A DNA stretch of 64,000 nt from Parasitella parasitica NRRL 2501 (lineage: Eukaryota; Fungi; Mucoromycota). The stretch spans positions 73,676 through 137,675 of the forward strand of contig MU619312.1 in NCBI GenBank assembly GCA_025201805.1, in the 5' to 3' direction. A model generated the notes under the pieces. It saw only the letters and a list, made by a program, of their open reading frames with translations. It had not been told where the DNA came from and did no database searches. This document shows positions 1-12,359 of the stretch, piece after piece. Each line of letters starts with the position of its first letter. The stretch's first letter is position 1. The position numbers and the translations under genes are program-made.

Positions 1-1485
1 ACGTCTGTCTTTAGAGATGGCGTTGATGTTGTCGTTGGTACTCCTGGCCGTATCCTCGACCATATCAAGTTTGGTAACATGAAATTGAGTGATCTTAAGT
101 TTATTATACTTGATGAAGCCGATGAAATGTTGGATGCTCGTGGTTTCGAGGAGGATATGTTCAATTTGCTGTCTAGTATTCAAGAGCAAAAGACTAGCCG
201 TGATTATCAAACCTTGTTATTCTCTGCTACTGTTCCTGAATCTGTCATGGAAACTATCAAGCGTTTCCTCAAGGAAGACTATGAGCGTATTGATTTGATT
301 GGTAACGCAAAGAACAGAACTAATACCAACATTCGTCATATTGCGATGCCCTCATCTTATCATACTCGTGCTGATATTATTGGTGATGTTGTAAACGTAT
401 ATGGCCGTAGCGGTTTGACAGTTATTTTTTGTGCCACAAAGGCTGACGCCAATGAATTGGGCGCCCATGATAAAATCAAGCAAGATGCCGCTGTTCTACA
501 TGGTGACATTGCCCAATCCTCCCGTGAAGCTACTATGAAGGCTTTCCGTGAAGGCAAATACAAGTGTATTGTTTGTACTGACGTCCTTGCTCGTGGGTTG
601 GATATCCCTCAAGTCGATTTGGTTATTAACTGCCAACCACCCAAAGATACCGAGTCTTATGTTCATCGTTCTGGTCGTACTGGCCGTGCTGGCCGTTCGG
701 GTGTCTGTGTCACTTTCTTCAAGCCAGCTGAGGAAGGTCTCTTGTCTTTCATCTCCAAGCGCACTGGTGTCAAGTTTGAGCAATTGTCTGCTCCTCGTCC
801 TGAAGATATTATCGAAGCTACTACTGAAGACGCTTTCAAATCAATTGACCTTGTCAAGCCTGATGTCTTGCCTTTCTTTGCTGAATCTGCCAAGCAATTG
901 ATCGAAAAACACGGCGCTGAGAATGCAGTTGCTGCCGCCCTTGCTTTCATGACAGGTTATCATCAAGGTGTTCCCAGCCGTTCCTTACTGTCTTCCCAAG
1001 AAGGCCAAACTACTTTGCTCATGCAATTAACATACACGATACAACATCCTGGCTATGTGCGTAACATCCTTAACCGTGAGTTCCCTGAATTAGGCTACGA
1101 TGACCTCAAGAGCTGGCGTATGACCCAAGATTCTATGGGCGTCGTTTTTGACATCAACTCTTCCAAATGCGAAGTTCAAGATGATGGCACAGTTCTTTTA
1201 GTAGGTAGACCTTGGACTTCTCGCAACATTACCTTGTCTGCTCCTTCTGTTCTTCCAGCTCTCCAAGAACGTGACAATAGAGGTGGCAGAGGTGGTAATT
1301 ATGGCGGCGGCAGCGGCTATGGCGGTGGAAGAGGCGGTGGATCATATGGCGGCGGAAGAAGTGGTTACGGCGGCGGCAACCGTGGTGGAAATGGCGGCGG
1401 CGGTCGTGGCGGTTATGGTGGTGGAAACCGAAACGGAGGAGGAGGAGGCTATGGTGGCCGTAATGGTGGCTATGGCGGCCGTTAA
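1..1485 (+). CDS. DEAD-box RNA helicase, DDX21/DDX50-like (5'-truncated by window)
   Basis: Frame is open from base 1 (VVGTPGR). Motifs LDEADEML, SAT, HGD, TDVLARGLDIP and YVHRSGRTGRAG are present, followed by a GUCT-like region and an RGG-rich tail. Confidence 0.93.
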   Translation, partial: TSVFRDGVDVVVGTPGRILDHIKFGNMKLSDLKFIILDEADEMLDARGFEEDMFNLLSSIQEQKTSRDYQTLLFSATVPESVMETIKRFLKEDYERIDLIGNAKNRTNTNIRHIAMPSSYHTRADIIGDVVNVYGRSGLTVIFCATKADANELGAHDKIKQDAAVLHGDIAQSSREATMKAFREGKYKCIVCTDVLARGLDIPQVDLVINCQPPKDTESYVHRSGRTGRAGRSGVCVTFFKPAEEGLLSFISKRTGVKFEQLSAPRPEDIIEATTEDAFKSIDLVKPDVLPFFAESAKQLIEKHGAENAVAAALAFMTGYHQGVPSRSLLSSQEGQTTLLMQLTYTIQHPGYVRNILNREFPELGYDDLKSWRMTQDSMGVVFDINSSKCEVQDDGTVLLVGRPWTSRNITLSAPSVLPALQERDNRGGRGGNYGGGSGYGGGRGGGSYGGGRSGYGGGNRGGNGGGGRGGYGGGNRNGGGGGYGGRNGGYGGR

Positions 1486-1682
1486 TAGTATTAATTTATT
1501 TTCGTTATATACAATCAAATCAACAATTATTTCATCATTTTTTCCTTTTGAATAGCACTGCCTCACATCAATCTTGTATTTTATAATCGTTATACTTGCT
1601 ACACAATTCAATTTTAAATAATAAAAAAAAGTAGAAAACTTTGCATAGAGAACAAATTCCAGTAACATTCAGACTTCTCTGT

Positions 1683-2581
1683 TTAATTGCTAATATGATA
1701 CTCTTTAGCATATGCCACACCGGATGCCACGGCATGCACTCTACTATCAATTATAAGCTTTCCTTTATGTGAATTCTGCAAGCCTATAATTTACAGATGC
1801 CCGAAATATCAAAATGGTGTTCCAATACACATTCGATTTATTTGACTTACGTATCAAGTTTTCTAAAAGGCCATCTAATGGTAAACTGATTGTTTGCAGA
1901 CTCCATTCATCAGCTTCTAGCGCTGGAACAGGGGGCGTTGATAATTCGGATACGTCAATGGTTACCTTGGCAATGTAGCAACATGAGTCAGAAAGCCCAG
2001 GTTCATAAGCTAATGGTGTTTTGACTAAATCAAATTTTGAAGCAGGAACATTGTAGCCCGTTTCTTCTCTCAGTTCACGTTGCGCTGAAAGAATAGGATC
2101 CTTCTCATCTGGATCAATCAAGCCTAAATGAGAAATCTACAATGAGTATAACCATCCTTATTTATTGCCAAATTTTACTGTTACCTGACGGGAACTCTAT
2201 ACAGTAACTCTCAATGGCCGGCCTGTTTTTGCTTACTATTTTAATGTACAAACTCAACATGATTCTCTCGAGCACTTGCCTGTATTGAACTACGAATAAT
2301 AATTCTGGCTCAGGAGTCAATAAAATAGCATGAATATCAACAGCTACTCTGTAAATCAGCAAAAAAGAACCACAACCTTAAGGCAATATATGTAGAACTG
2401 TACCATCTATGCTTGAATCGCGCTCTTTTCTTCGAATACAACGCTCCCATTTTCTTTGTATACCGACATTGTCTTTATAAACTATGTATTCGAGCTGCAG
2501 CCAGTCGCCTTTACCCATAAGCTCTGGGCGAGATGTCTCGACGTCAATGAGCTCTTTCTCGAGAAATCTTGTAGTCGTCAT
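1683..2581 (-). CDS. Nudix hydrolase, ADP-ribose pyrophosphatase (NUDT5/Ysa1-like), 5 exons
   Basis: Spliced reading gives RKWERC..., VVQYRPA, IEFPSGLID..E.....AQRELREETGY (Nudix box) and C-terminal IIDSRV. One intron is GC-AG (2223-2279). Confidence 0.85.
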
Positions 2582-2873
2582 TTTGCGTTGAAGGAGTAAA
2601 AGCGATTCTTGCTTGCATAGCGCTTGTTTGTTCTATCGCCGAGAGAGGAAATACAATCACAGCAGATTTCTTACAATTCAGGGTGCAGTAGAATGATTAA
2701 ATGATACAATTGCATATGGTCAATAAACAGGAGTTAATTATCTGAATTCGGATTACTAGGGATTTCAAGTTTTTTGACACAAACTGAAGTACGGAGCTAC
2801 TCTAAAAGAGAAAATCGATTGAGCACGACATTTGCTTTTATTGAAAAACTTTCATTTACACAATGGCCTGCCA

Positions 2874-4078
2874 TTAATCCATTTCCATATCTATAGTACG
2901 GTCATTACCCGATACAGATAATTCAGTGTGTAGTAAATCCAGCAATACATCAACCATGGGCCTTTGTTTGAATAGTATGACAAACTCTGAAAGGTATCCG
3001 ATTTTTTCGCCTGCTTGTCCTAATGGATCATTTGTTATATCGAAGAAAAGTACATTTGTAGGATACCCAGAGCTTTTATCTTCAAACAATATATCGACGA
3101 GCAATCTTTGATCATAATCATTCAATACTTCAATTTCCACTTTATGTATAGACGTGCTTTGATATCTGATTTCGATAGTATGTGATTTCTTCAGTTGAGC
3201 GACCTCTTTGAGAATCTCCCTCCTAGTGACATAGGCTTGGACTTGGTCGTGCACAATACGGATAAATGACTGGAAACGTATCAATAAAATAAAATAAAAA
3301 GGTTGCTTTACTTATAGATAATAACTTACATCAAAATTATCAGGTAAATATTTGTTTTGTATAGTCAATAAATGTATGAAATTTGGTATAGTGTGATGCT
3401 CTATCAATGGCTGTGTCAAGGTTTGAATTGAATTCGACTGAAGGCCCTCATGGCTTTTTTCATAGACGATATAATAGGATTCTATATACTTTCTATTGTA
3501 GAATGTTTCTAGTCGGATACAGTTATGATTGCCTTTGAATGTGAATATTGAACGGCCAGCAAGACGATGATAACTGATTGCTTCTCGTATACAGCAAATA
3601 TCGACAGTTGACATCATTTTAGCATATACCTATGAATAACAATTGTGAGATACAAGCTATTACACGACCTAGATTGATTACCTCTTTTTCCATATCATCG
3701 AATTCATATTCTGCTACTCTGGTAGGATCTATTGATAGGTATTAATAGTGCTATCGAGGTGGATCACACGCAAAAAAAAACCTTGAATCAATGCTGTAAG
3801 CGAGGATATTGTAATATAAGATAGGTCTTCCTCAAGTAATTCTTTTCTGAGCTGCTGATCTCTGGCTGTTGCAGTTGCCACTGTTGATAATCAAAATTAG
3901 TGATGTGTACGTATATGAGCTTGAAGAATTTACATCTTCTTTTCATCTCGTTGATTTGAGCCTTTAATCTATCATTCTCACTAGGTAAGCTTTGTTTATT
4001 TCGTCAGCAGAGCTAGCACATTGTGTATCTACATGGCATTCATATTTACAAAGTATCTTCTTCCATGTTTGTTTGCAT
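2874..4078 (-). CDS. Kinetochore protein CENP-O/Mcm21-like, multi-exon
   Basis: YHRLAGRSIF...IRLETFY..KYIESYYIV...HHTIPNFI.L...KYL...QAYVTRRE matches the CENP-O pattern. Start codon (4078 or 4066) is approximate. Confidence 0.72.
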
Positions 4079-4223
4079 CAAGAGAGATAGAATAGAGTGA
4101 TCAAGCAGATGTTCGTGACTAGACAAATACAAGGGCTGGATGTCAAAGCACGCGATGTACAGTCTTTCAAATCGCGAGAATCCACCATCTCACCACATCT
4201 TCATTTCTTTTGACATTTGCAAT

Positions 4224-5657
4224 ATGGTAGCGTTGACAATAGAACTACTCGAAAGAGCAGAATTTCATAATCAAGTGAAATAGTAAGCTGCTGCTGACAA
4301 TTCAGTTCTTTTCATAACAACTAATCAAGAGTTTTTTTCATTGTAGCATTATCGAGAATGGCGATTCTAGGTAAATATGTCTTGCAACGTTGCTGCAGAT
4401 GAAGATACTAAAATCCATTCCTTAGTTCATTGACAGCAACGCAAATCCGCAGTACATTGGAATCTCATTTTGTAAGTAGCCAGATGCAATGGCATTCGTA
4501 TTTAGAGACCTAATGTCATTTGCAGGATTTGGAAAAAGATGCATTGAAGGGAAAACCGTACAAAAAGGTTATCAATGCATTGATAGATAAAATATATGGC
4601 GAAATGCAGAAAGTACAAAAGAAACCCCCTCAAGAACATACGCCCGAAGCAACTGATTCTAGTAGAGAAGCATCTCCCACTACCAAATCCTTCTCGCAGA
4701 AAAGAAAAGCCCCATCTCCTGAAAAAGAAACAGAGGAAATAGCTGCAAAAAAACCTAAGGTGGAAACTGACAACAAAGAGGAAGAAGAAACAAAACCAAA
4801 AAAGACTTCTCGGGCAAAGAAACAATCCCCAAAAATCATTTCAGATGGTGAGGAAGAAGAAGACGACGAAGACGAAATGGAGAAAGATGAGGAAACAAAA
4901 GATTTTAGCAATGAACAGGAGGATGAGGACGAAAGTAACTCTTTTACACCACCTCCAGCCAAGAAAAAGGCTACTTCGAAATCTACCAAATCAAATACTG
5001 CGCCTGTAATATGCCCACAAAAGCAATTGTTGCTAATACTGACCTTTTTTTTACTATAGACTAAAGACGACGAATCAGTAAAGCGACTCAAACAATTCAT
5101 CAACAAGTGTGGAGTCCGCAAAGTCTGGTATTGACGGAATAGTGAAATTTTGATTATATTTCCCTAAACAGCATAAATAGGGCCAAAGAATTAGCAGAGT
5201 GTAGGAGTACGACAGCAGAGATAAGAAAATTAAAATCCATACTGGAAGAATTGGGCGTTCACGGTAGACCTACACTTGAAAAGTGTGAGGCTGTCAAGAA
5301 GGAAAGGGAATTAAAGGCAGAATTAGACAGTTTGGATACAAATTTAATCATTAATGAGACTGGGCGCAGGACAAGATCCAGAAATAATGGCTCAAGCAGA
5401 CCTACTTATGCAGTCGATAGCTCTAGCAGTAGCGAGGAAGAGGAAGATGATGATAATGAAGATTCTGCAGATGAAAGTAACGAAGATGAAGATAAACCTA
5501 TGGTATTTGATAACGACGTGAAAGGACAAATTGAACGTGAGGATGAAGAGTCTTCAGGGGTAAGTAATACAAAGGCGTATAAAATAATATGGCTCACGGT
5601 CATTTGTAAAAATAGGATGAATTTAAAAGCGATGAATCCGACGATTATGATGCCTGA
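4224..5657 (+). CDS. HIRIP3-like acidic chromatin protein / histone chaperone, multi-exon
   Basis: K/E-rich linker, then KRLKQFINKCGVRKVW-AKELAEC...LEELGVHGRPTLEKCEAVKKERELKAELDSLD, the HIRIP3-type C-terminal block, then an acidic tail. Confidence 0.7.
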
Positions 5658-6472
5658 GCACTATTACGTCTTCAAGCAAGTAGTTTCGACATTGTGCAAA
5701 GAATTCCTCCTTTCCAAAGGGAAAAAAGGTTAAAAATTTTGACTAGTAGATACTAGTATATCTTGAATTAAACAAAACTATTAATGCCCCTTTTATATGT
5801 GAGTCTCCAAAAATGATGTATGTGAAGCTGTACTTGTTTAGGCTTATGATGTGAATACATATTCCATCCAGAAAAAGTTTTGGATTTTCAATCTATACAG
5901 TAGAAGCCAAGCTTTTCTTTACATTTAGCCCGGGAGGTAACCTTTTATCAAGTATACATAAATTTGACGCATACTTGTTATTTGCAAATAGTAGGCAGTT
6001 TCCAAATAGTAGGCAGTTTGTCTATACGTAATGTTGCCAACGCAACAGGTAGTGAGATGTGTAATGCGTAAGATTTCACCCAGTTTATATTGTAATGATA
6101 AATCTTTTTTTCTGTCGATAATACATTAGCAGGCAATATAATTTGACAACAGGCACGAAAAACGTATTTTTTTTTACAGTTCTCAACCGACAGAGTACTG
6201 TTTTATTGTCATGATCTAACCTTCTTCACATGTTATACCATCTTCCTGCAAGCCTACAAATTGTGGCCATGTTATCCAAAGCAATTGCGGTCGAAGCCTT
6301 TGCTGTGTAATTTTTTTTTTCTTTGCTGTTATAGCACAAGAGGAATGAATCGCACACAAACAATAACAAGAGCTAATTTAAGCACCACACACCACTCTCT
6401 TTCAATATATTTCGTGTGCATTTAGTCCTACCATATTTTGCAGCCTCTTTCATTGTTTCATTATATTAACAC

Positions 6473-8987
6473 ATGATGCCACATCCTCACCCATTTCAAG
6501 AGTCATTTTGGTCACCCACAGCCTCTATTGATCCTATTCCAAATTTCAATACTGGATATACAGTTTTGCATACCAAACTTAAACAATCTAAGACCGAGAA
6601 TAAAGCCATTGGAGACTATGTAAAGCAACGAATAAATGCTGAAAAAGCTCATGCAAATTTGCTGGGTAGCATTAAGCCATCAACTTTACCGTTTGAAAAG
6701 GACGTTGGAGGTGCGCTGAAGAAATGCTTCGAGGTTGTCTGTGCAGAAAGTGAGGAGTCGGCCAAGGAACACTTTAACCGCGCCAGCAACTTGAATACAA
6801 CAGCTCTGGATCCTCTGCTGAAATTCTTTTCCAGGTACGATCGAATAATAACTCAAGCCAAGAAAACGGTTGAAGCACAAATCAATCAATTCAATATAGC
6901 ATGCAAAGCAATGGAAGATGCGAAAATATCTTATGTAAATCGATGCAAATCCTTATTACTTGTTCAACCTGGATTTACAGATGCAAAAGTCGGAAAAGGT
7001 CTACAGTTTCCTACAAGAGATCATGCTTGGATTTGGTTTTCAGAACTGTTTAGAAACCAAGAATATACGAAAGAACAAATTGTCGATATTTTAAAAGGCG
7101 TAGTGTTGGACGAAGAGGATGCAATTACAAGCCTGGTAGAGCTGCAATTTGTGAAACAAGAAAACGACAAGTTCATTAAACAGCAAAACTTGGTTGTTGC
7201 TGATGGGCCCGATGCCAGCACCACAACTTTGGATGGCAGTAAAAAGTTTTCAGGGTTCCTAGGTAGATGGGGAGGTCAGCCACAGCAAGTGAAGAAAGAA
7301 GAGCTGATAACAGATATGTTGGAAGCAGATAAACTTTATCGTCAATCTGTAAACAAGGTAGAACTTGAGCGAACACAGACCGAGCAAATATTGTTTATTC
7401 ATTATGAAGAAATGGAAAGCCTGGAGTTGGAGAGAATTCAAACTATAAAGCAAGGTAAACACATGGTGATGCAATCTGGACCACCTGAAATCTAACGCAT
7501 TGTCCAACTAGCGTTTATAAGCATGGCAGCTTCGCTATCAAATACGATCCCCAGGTGCAAAGAGACATTTGACAACATGATGCTCTATCAAGAGACACTA
7601 AAGCCAGACAAGGATGTGCAGTTTATCGTGGAGCAATATAGAACAGGACAATACTGTCCCAAACCGATTCTGTACGAGAGTTATTTTCACAGTGCAGCTG
7701 CAGGTAAATGCTTGCAGTTTTGTTGTAGGGCTCAAACTAACATTGCATTACATTATCGTAATACCATAACAGATCAACTATTTGGTGTTCCACTAGAAGA
7801 GATCACAAGAGTACAAGGTTCAATGGTACCACAATTGATCGATATAGGCCTATCTGTGATTGAATCAGGTGAGTTGTTGGTTTGATTTGCAGGCGAACAA
7901 TTGAGATGCTAATTTAGTAACTGGAAGGGTTTTCTCGACTTCACGATGAAGGTACAGATTAGCAAGATAAATAAAGCTTTTCTGCAACTAATGAATGCTA
8001 TAGAAAAGAATGTTGTGTGGACAGCTAGTTTGCCATTAGACAGAGTGCATGCAGCTAGAGCAGAAATCAACATAAACAGCCCAATCACAGATGAAATCCT
8101 ACCAAAGTTTGACCTAATGCTATTGGCATCTTTACTGCGACTTTACTTGTTAGAGCTACCAGAATGTCTATTTACGTTTGAATTGTACGAACCGTGTAAA
8201 CTATTGTATTCGAATAGTAAGTCAACCTTTCTTTTTTGCATAAGATGTGTCGTTTAAAACTTTGTTCATCCACAAAGAGGATCAAGATAAAGACAGCCGG
8301 TTGATGTCGATTAGTAAACTATTAGCTACATTACCTACAGCCAACTACCACACAGCCATGAAATTGCTAGGTCATTTTCATAAACTCGTAAAGCAGATAA
8401 CCTCAGATAGTCAATTCACATTATCCTCGTTGGCCAAGTCATTCAGTTATATATTTCTGCGACCTCAAATCGAATCAAAGATCAGTATACATGAAAGACA
8501 TCCGCAGCGTCTACTGTATGATTTAATTGAAAACTTTGACACTATTTTTACCCAAGAATCTCATCGCGCTCAAAGAAAAAACTCTACGAGACCTTCTATT
8601 ATTATAACCAAAAAAGAGGCCACTATTCCGAAAAAGGCCAATTCGCTTGATGAAGGTAGTACTGCAAGCGCAAGTAAAAGAACGAGTACATCTTCTATTA
8701 ATGTTACACGAAGAACATCCATTTTATCCTCATTCATGCGCAGTAGTCAATCGACACCTACTTCCATGAAACCCAAAACACCACTTACTATACCCATGCC
8801 CTCAAGTACTTTGTTTGAGGATCCTGATGAGATTGAGCGATCATCAGAGTCGTCTCTACTGAGTACCCCGCCCCAAATATCATCTTCTTCTGCTGAGCCT
8901 CATCATTATAAATCAGAGCATCTTGGCGATAATTTTATGATGGAGGAATTAGCGAGTCTAGATTCGTTTTTTGAAGACGAAGATTAA
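6473..8987 (+). CDS. F-BAR plus RhoGAP-domain protein (Rgd2/Rga8-like), multi-exon
   Basis: N-terminal FQESFWS FCH/F-BAR start, VEQYRTGQYCPKP, LFGVPLEE and ASLLRLYLLELPECL RhoGAP helices. GT-AG introns join the ORFs. Confidence 0.85.
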
Positions 8988-9816
8988 AAAAACCTATTTC
9001 AAAAATAAAAAAAAACAGATGGCGTGGTGTGATACGCCAAGTTCTTGCATTGAATGTCTCTCCCGGATCGTATCCGTATCAAAAAGTTAAAATTCTGTAT
9101 TTGATAGAATCAAGTAAAAAGCATATGTGTACATCATATGAATGGTAGATTTACCTTGTTATTTTTCGTGTAATTTCAAACAAACAGAAAAAAATAGTTG
9201 AGATCATTATCAAAAGACAGATCATTTACTTGAATATTGAGATTAGAAGCTTGTAGAATGGCATGATTTAGAACTTTTTTTTTTTCCTAATAAACTAAAT
9301 TTAAGCTGCCACAACGGATAAAAAGCGCGATGCAAAACTCAATTGTCAGTAACTTTCAATATGTATGTTTGATCGAACTCTGACAAGACGCTTTAATGAA
9401 ATGATTGTTTTCTTATCATGGATGACTTTTCTTTTTTTTTGACATTTAATACTTTTAATTGTCGTATTACCGAGCAATAATGATAGTCTAATTCTGATTC
9501 TAATCTGCTCCATAGAATTTTCGAATCAAAGACTATTTTATAGCAGAGCACTGTTTATATTTTTAGCTTCAGGTCATTGATAATCCATTTCTGTATAATC
9601 ATGTATCAAACAGCCGGATCGGAAACGAATTATTAGATGATTTGATCCCGTATCCTCTTCGTTTCCGACCTGTATGTTTCTAACTGATATTACAGAAAAA
9701 CTTTTGATAGGTGACCTGTCAAAAAAAAAAAGTATTTATATAGGATCGTACTGATCAAAATTGTCAAATTCAAACATCTTCAATATCATTCATACCCTTA
9801 CATAATATAATAGACA

Positions 9817-11519
9817 ATGACATTTCACAACAAAGACGGTCTCCATGACGAAGATGATCATAATAGTGTACATAGCCAAGGCAGCCAAGTCAGCACCATG
9901 ACAGCATACGATGCTGATGTAGAACAACCAAATATTGCACCATCACCACCATCAGAGGAGGCACGCATGGAGAAACTGTTAACCACAAATTCCTCTGAGC
10001 CTTATTCAGTGTTTTCTCGAAACAAAAAATTGTTGATCGTTACCATATGCTGCCTTACGGGTATCGTATCGCCACTATCAGCCAATATTTATTTTCCTGC
10101 ATTGGATGTTATTCAAAAAGTAAGCAGGTTACACGAAATCAAAAGAAACCAAGCATCTTGTTCTGACCATTTTATATGCAGGATTTACACACAACAACTG
10201 AATTAATGAACCTGACAGTTACCGTTTACATGATCTTTCAAGGCCTTTCTCCCTCCTTTTGGGGCTCATTAGCTGATCTTTGGGGCCGTCGGCCGGTATA
10301 TCTTGGTACACTTGTAGTCTACATGGGCTCTTGTGTAGGTCTTGCCTTGGCACCTACATTTTACGTATTGCTCATCTTGCGTATGTTGCAAGCTTTTGGT
10401 TCCAGTTCTGTTATTGCCATCGGTGCTGGTGTAGTAGGTGATATTGCTACACCTTCGGAACGTGGTAGTTATTTCGGCCTCTTTTCAATGGGGCAGATGT
10501 TGGGTCCTGTCATCGGTCCTGTTATAGGTGGAATTATCTCTGAATATCTCTCTTGGAGATGGATATTTTGGGTTTTATTGATGGTCGGTGCGGTTTTCTT
10601 TATTATCATCTTCTTTTTACTGCCTGAAACTCTTCGAAGTCTAGTCGGTAATGGTTCTGGACATGCTAATCCTACGCCTATTCAATGGTGGAGACATCGC
10701 CAAGCCCTGAAGCAGCGACAAGAGCAGCCTTTTTCTGACGATGACAGCTCTACCATCCATGATATCAAAAAAACTAGCCGTTTTCTGCAAATTCCTAATG
10801 TAACTCAACCATTTCTTTACTTGTGCGAGAAAGACATCATTTGCGCTTTAGTTTACAACGGCATCCACTACGCAACTTATTACTGTTATCTGACATCTAC
10901 TACCAGTCAATTTGTCTTGATATACAACATGTCTGAAATACAGATCGGACTTTGTTTCTTGTGCCAGGGTGTTGGCTGTATTTTAGGTAGCTTCTGTGAA
11001 GGTAAACTGCTGGACCATGATTTCAAAAAGACAGCCATTGAATCTGGCTTCAAGAACGCCGCTCGAGGTAAATTGCCTTCTGAATTCCCTATTTTCCGTG
11101 CACGTCTTCGCAGTATGTGGATCAATGCAGGCATTATTCAGATAATCACCTTATTTTATGGCTGGATGCTATACATACACGCCCATTTAGCAGTGATATT
11201 AGTTTTGCAATTCATCGTGGGCTTTGCAAATACCTCCATGTTCAATATCTTCCAAACATTGGCCGTAGATCTGTTTCCTGGAAAAAGTGCTACCATCACT
11301 GCCACCAATAATTTAGTGCGATGTATGCTTGGTGCTGTTGCTACTGTCAGCATTGAGCCTGGCATTGAAGGTGTCGGTGTCGGCTGGATTTTCACAATTA
11401 TTGGCTTGGTTTGTGTCGCCTCTAACGTATTGGTTCCCATTCTGTTCAAATTTGGCCCTCGTTGGAGAAAAGAAAGAATCGAGAAATTAGCTCGTAAATT
11501 AAAAGACCAAGAACACTAA
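9817..11519 (+). CDS. MFS drug:H+ antiporter (DHA1, Qdr/Aqr1-like)
   Basis: SPLSANIYFPAL, motif A GSLADLWGRRPV, LGPVIGPVIGG, WRWIFW and LPETLR. One intron at 10120-10182. Confidence 0.93.
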
Positions 11520-12324
11520 TTGGATTCAATATGCGCGTATATGTTTATGCATAATCGTCAAGTAACCTCATATGTAAATACTTCCTCCATAGCATTTGTA
11601 ATTATCGTCAATAGTTTATAAAAACAGTAAAAATAAAGTAATTGCTTACAGTTTTTCCTAAGCGAATTTCATATTCACGCATTTTGTGTTAATTGTAGCA
11701 AATTTACATGTAAATATCAAAGATGGGAGATGAGATTGTGAAAATTCTTGATGTAACTCGGTATTTTTTTAAGGGAAACGTTTGCTTTGAAAGAACTTGG
11801 CGATAAAAAAGTGTCTCTTTTATGAATATACTTTTCATTTTATCTAACGTTTTTCTATGATAGATTCAATTGAAGGCCTACCATAACCCATGAATTTTGT
11901 TTTATTCAAGCATTTGAAGACACTCTAATGCAGGCATTTTGTAAATCCTCGTGCAAAACAAAAAACCCTAGATTTGTCATTTTTTCACCTCACAAGCAAC
12001 CTTATGGCGCAATCAGCAAATTCTTATCTTATGTAAACATTGGTTATTAATAAGCATATGCTAATTGACCATTATCTTCCAGAGATTAGGGGATCCGTAA
12101 AACAGTTCGAAAGAAATGATCAAACCAAAAATGGAAGACATCTACCAGCATGTGAATTATACATTTTGTAATCAAATTTGTTTTGCACAATTTTGATAGA
12201 TTTATACCGTTTCTGACGCTTAAAACCGCACCAAATGACTTCTCCGACTTTGTAGCTTATATCTGATGCATTTCACTCCAATTTGATACAAGATTACCAT
12301 TTAGGTATTGATTATGCAAAATAT

Positions 12325-12359
<35 letters not shown>

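Noticed and set aside
5985-6019. 17-bp tandem duplication CAAATAGTAGGCAGTTT
   Set aside because: Two copies only; ordinary slippage or repair duplication.
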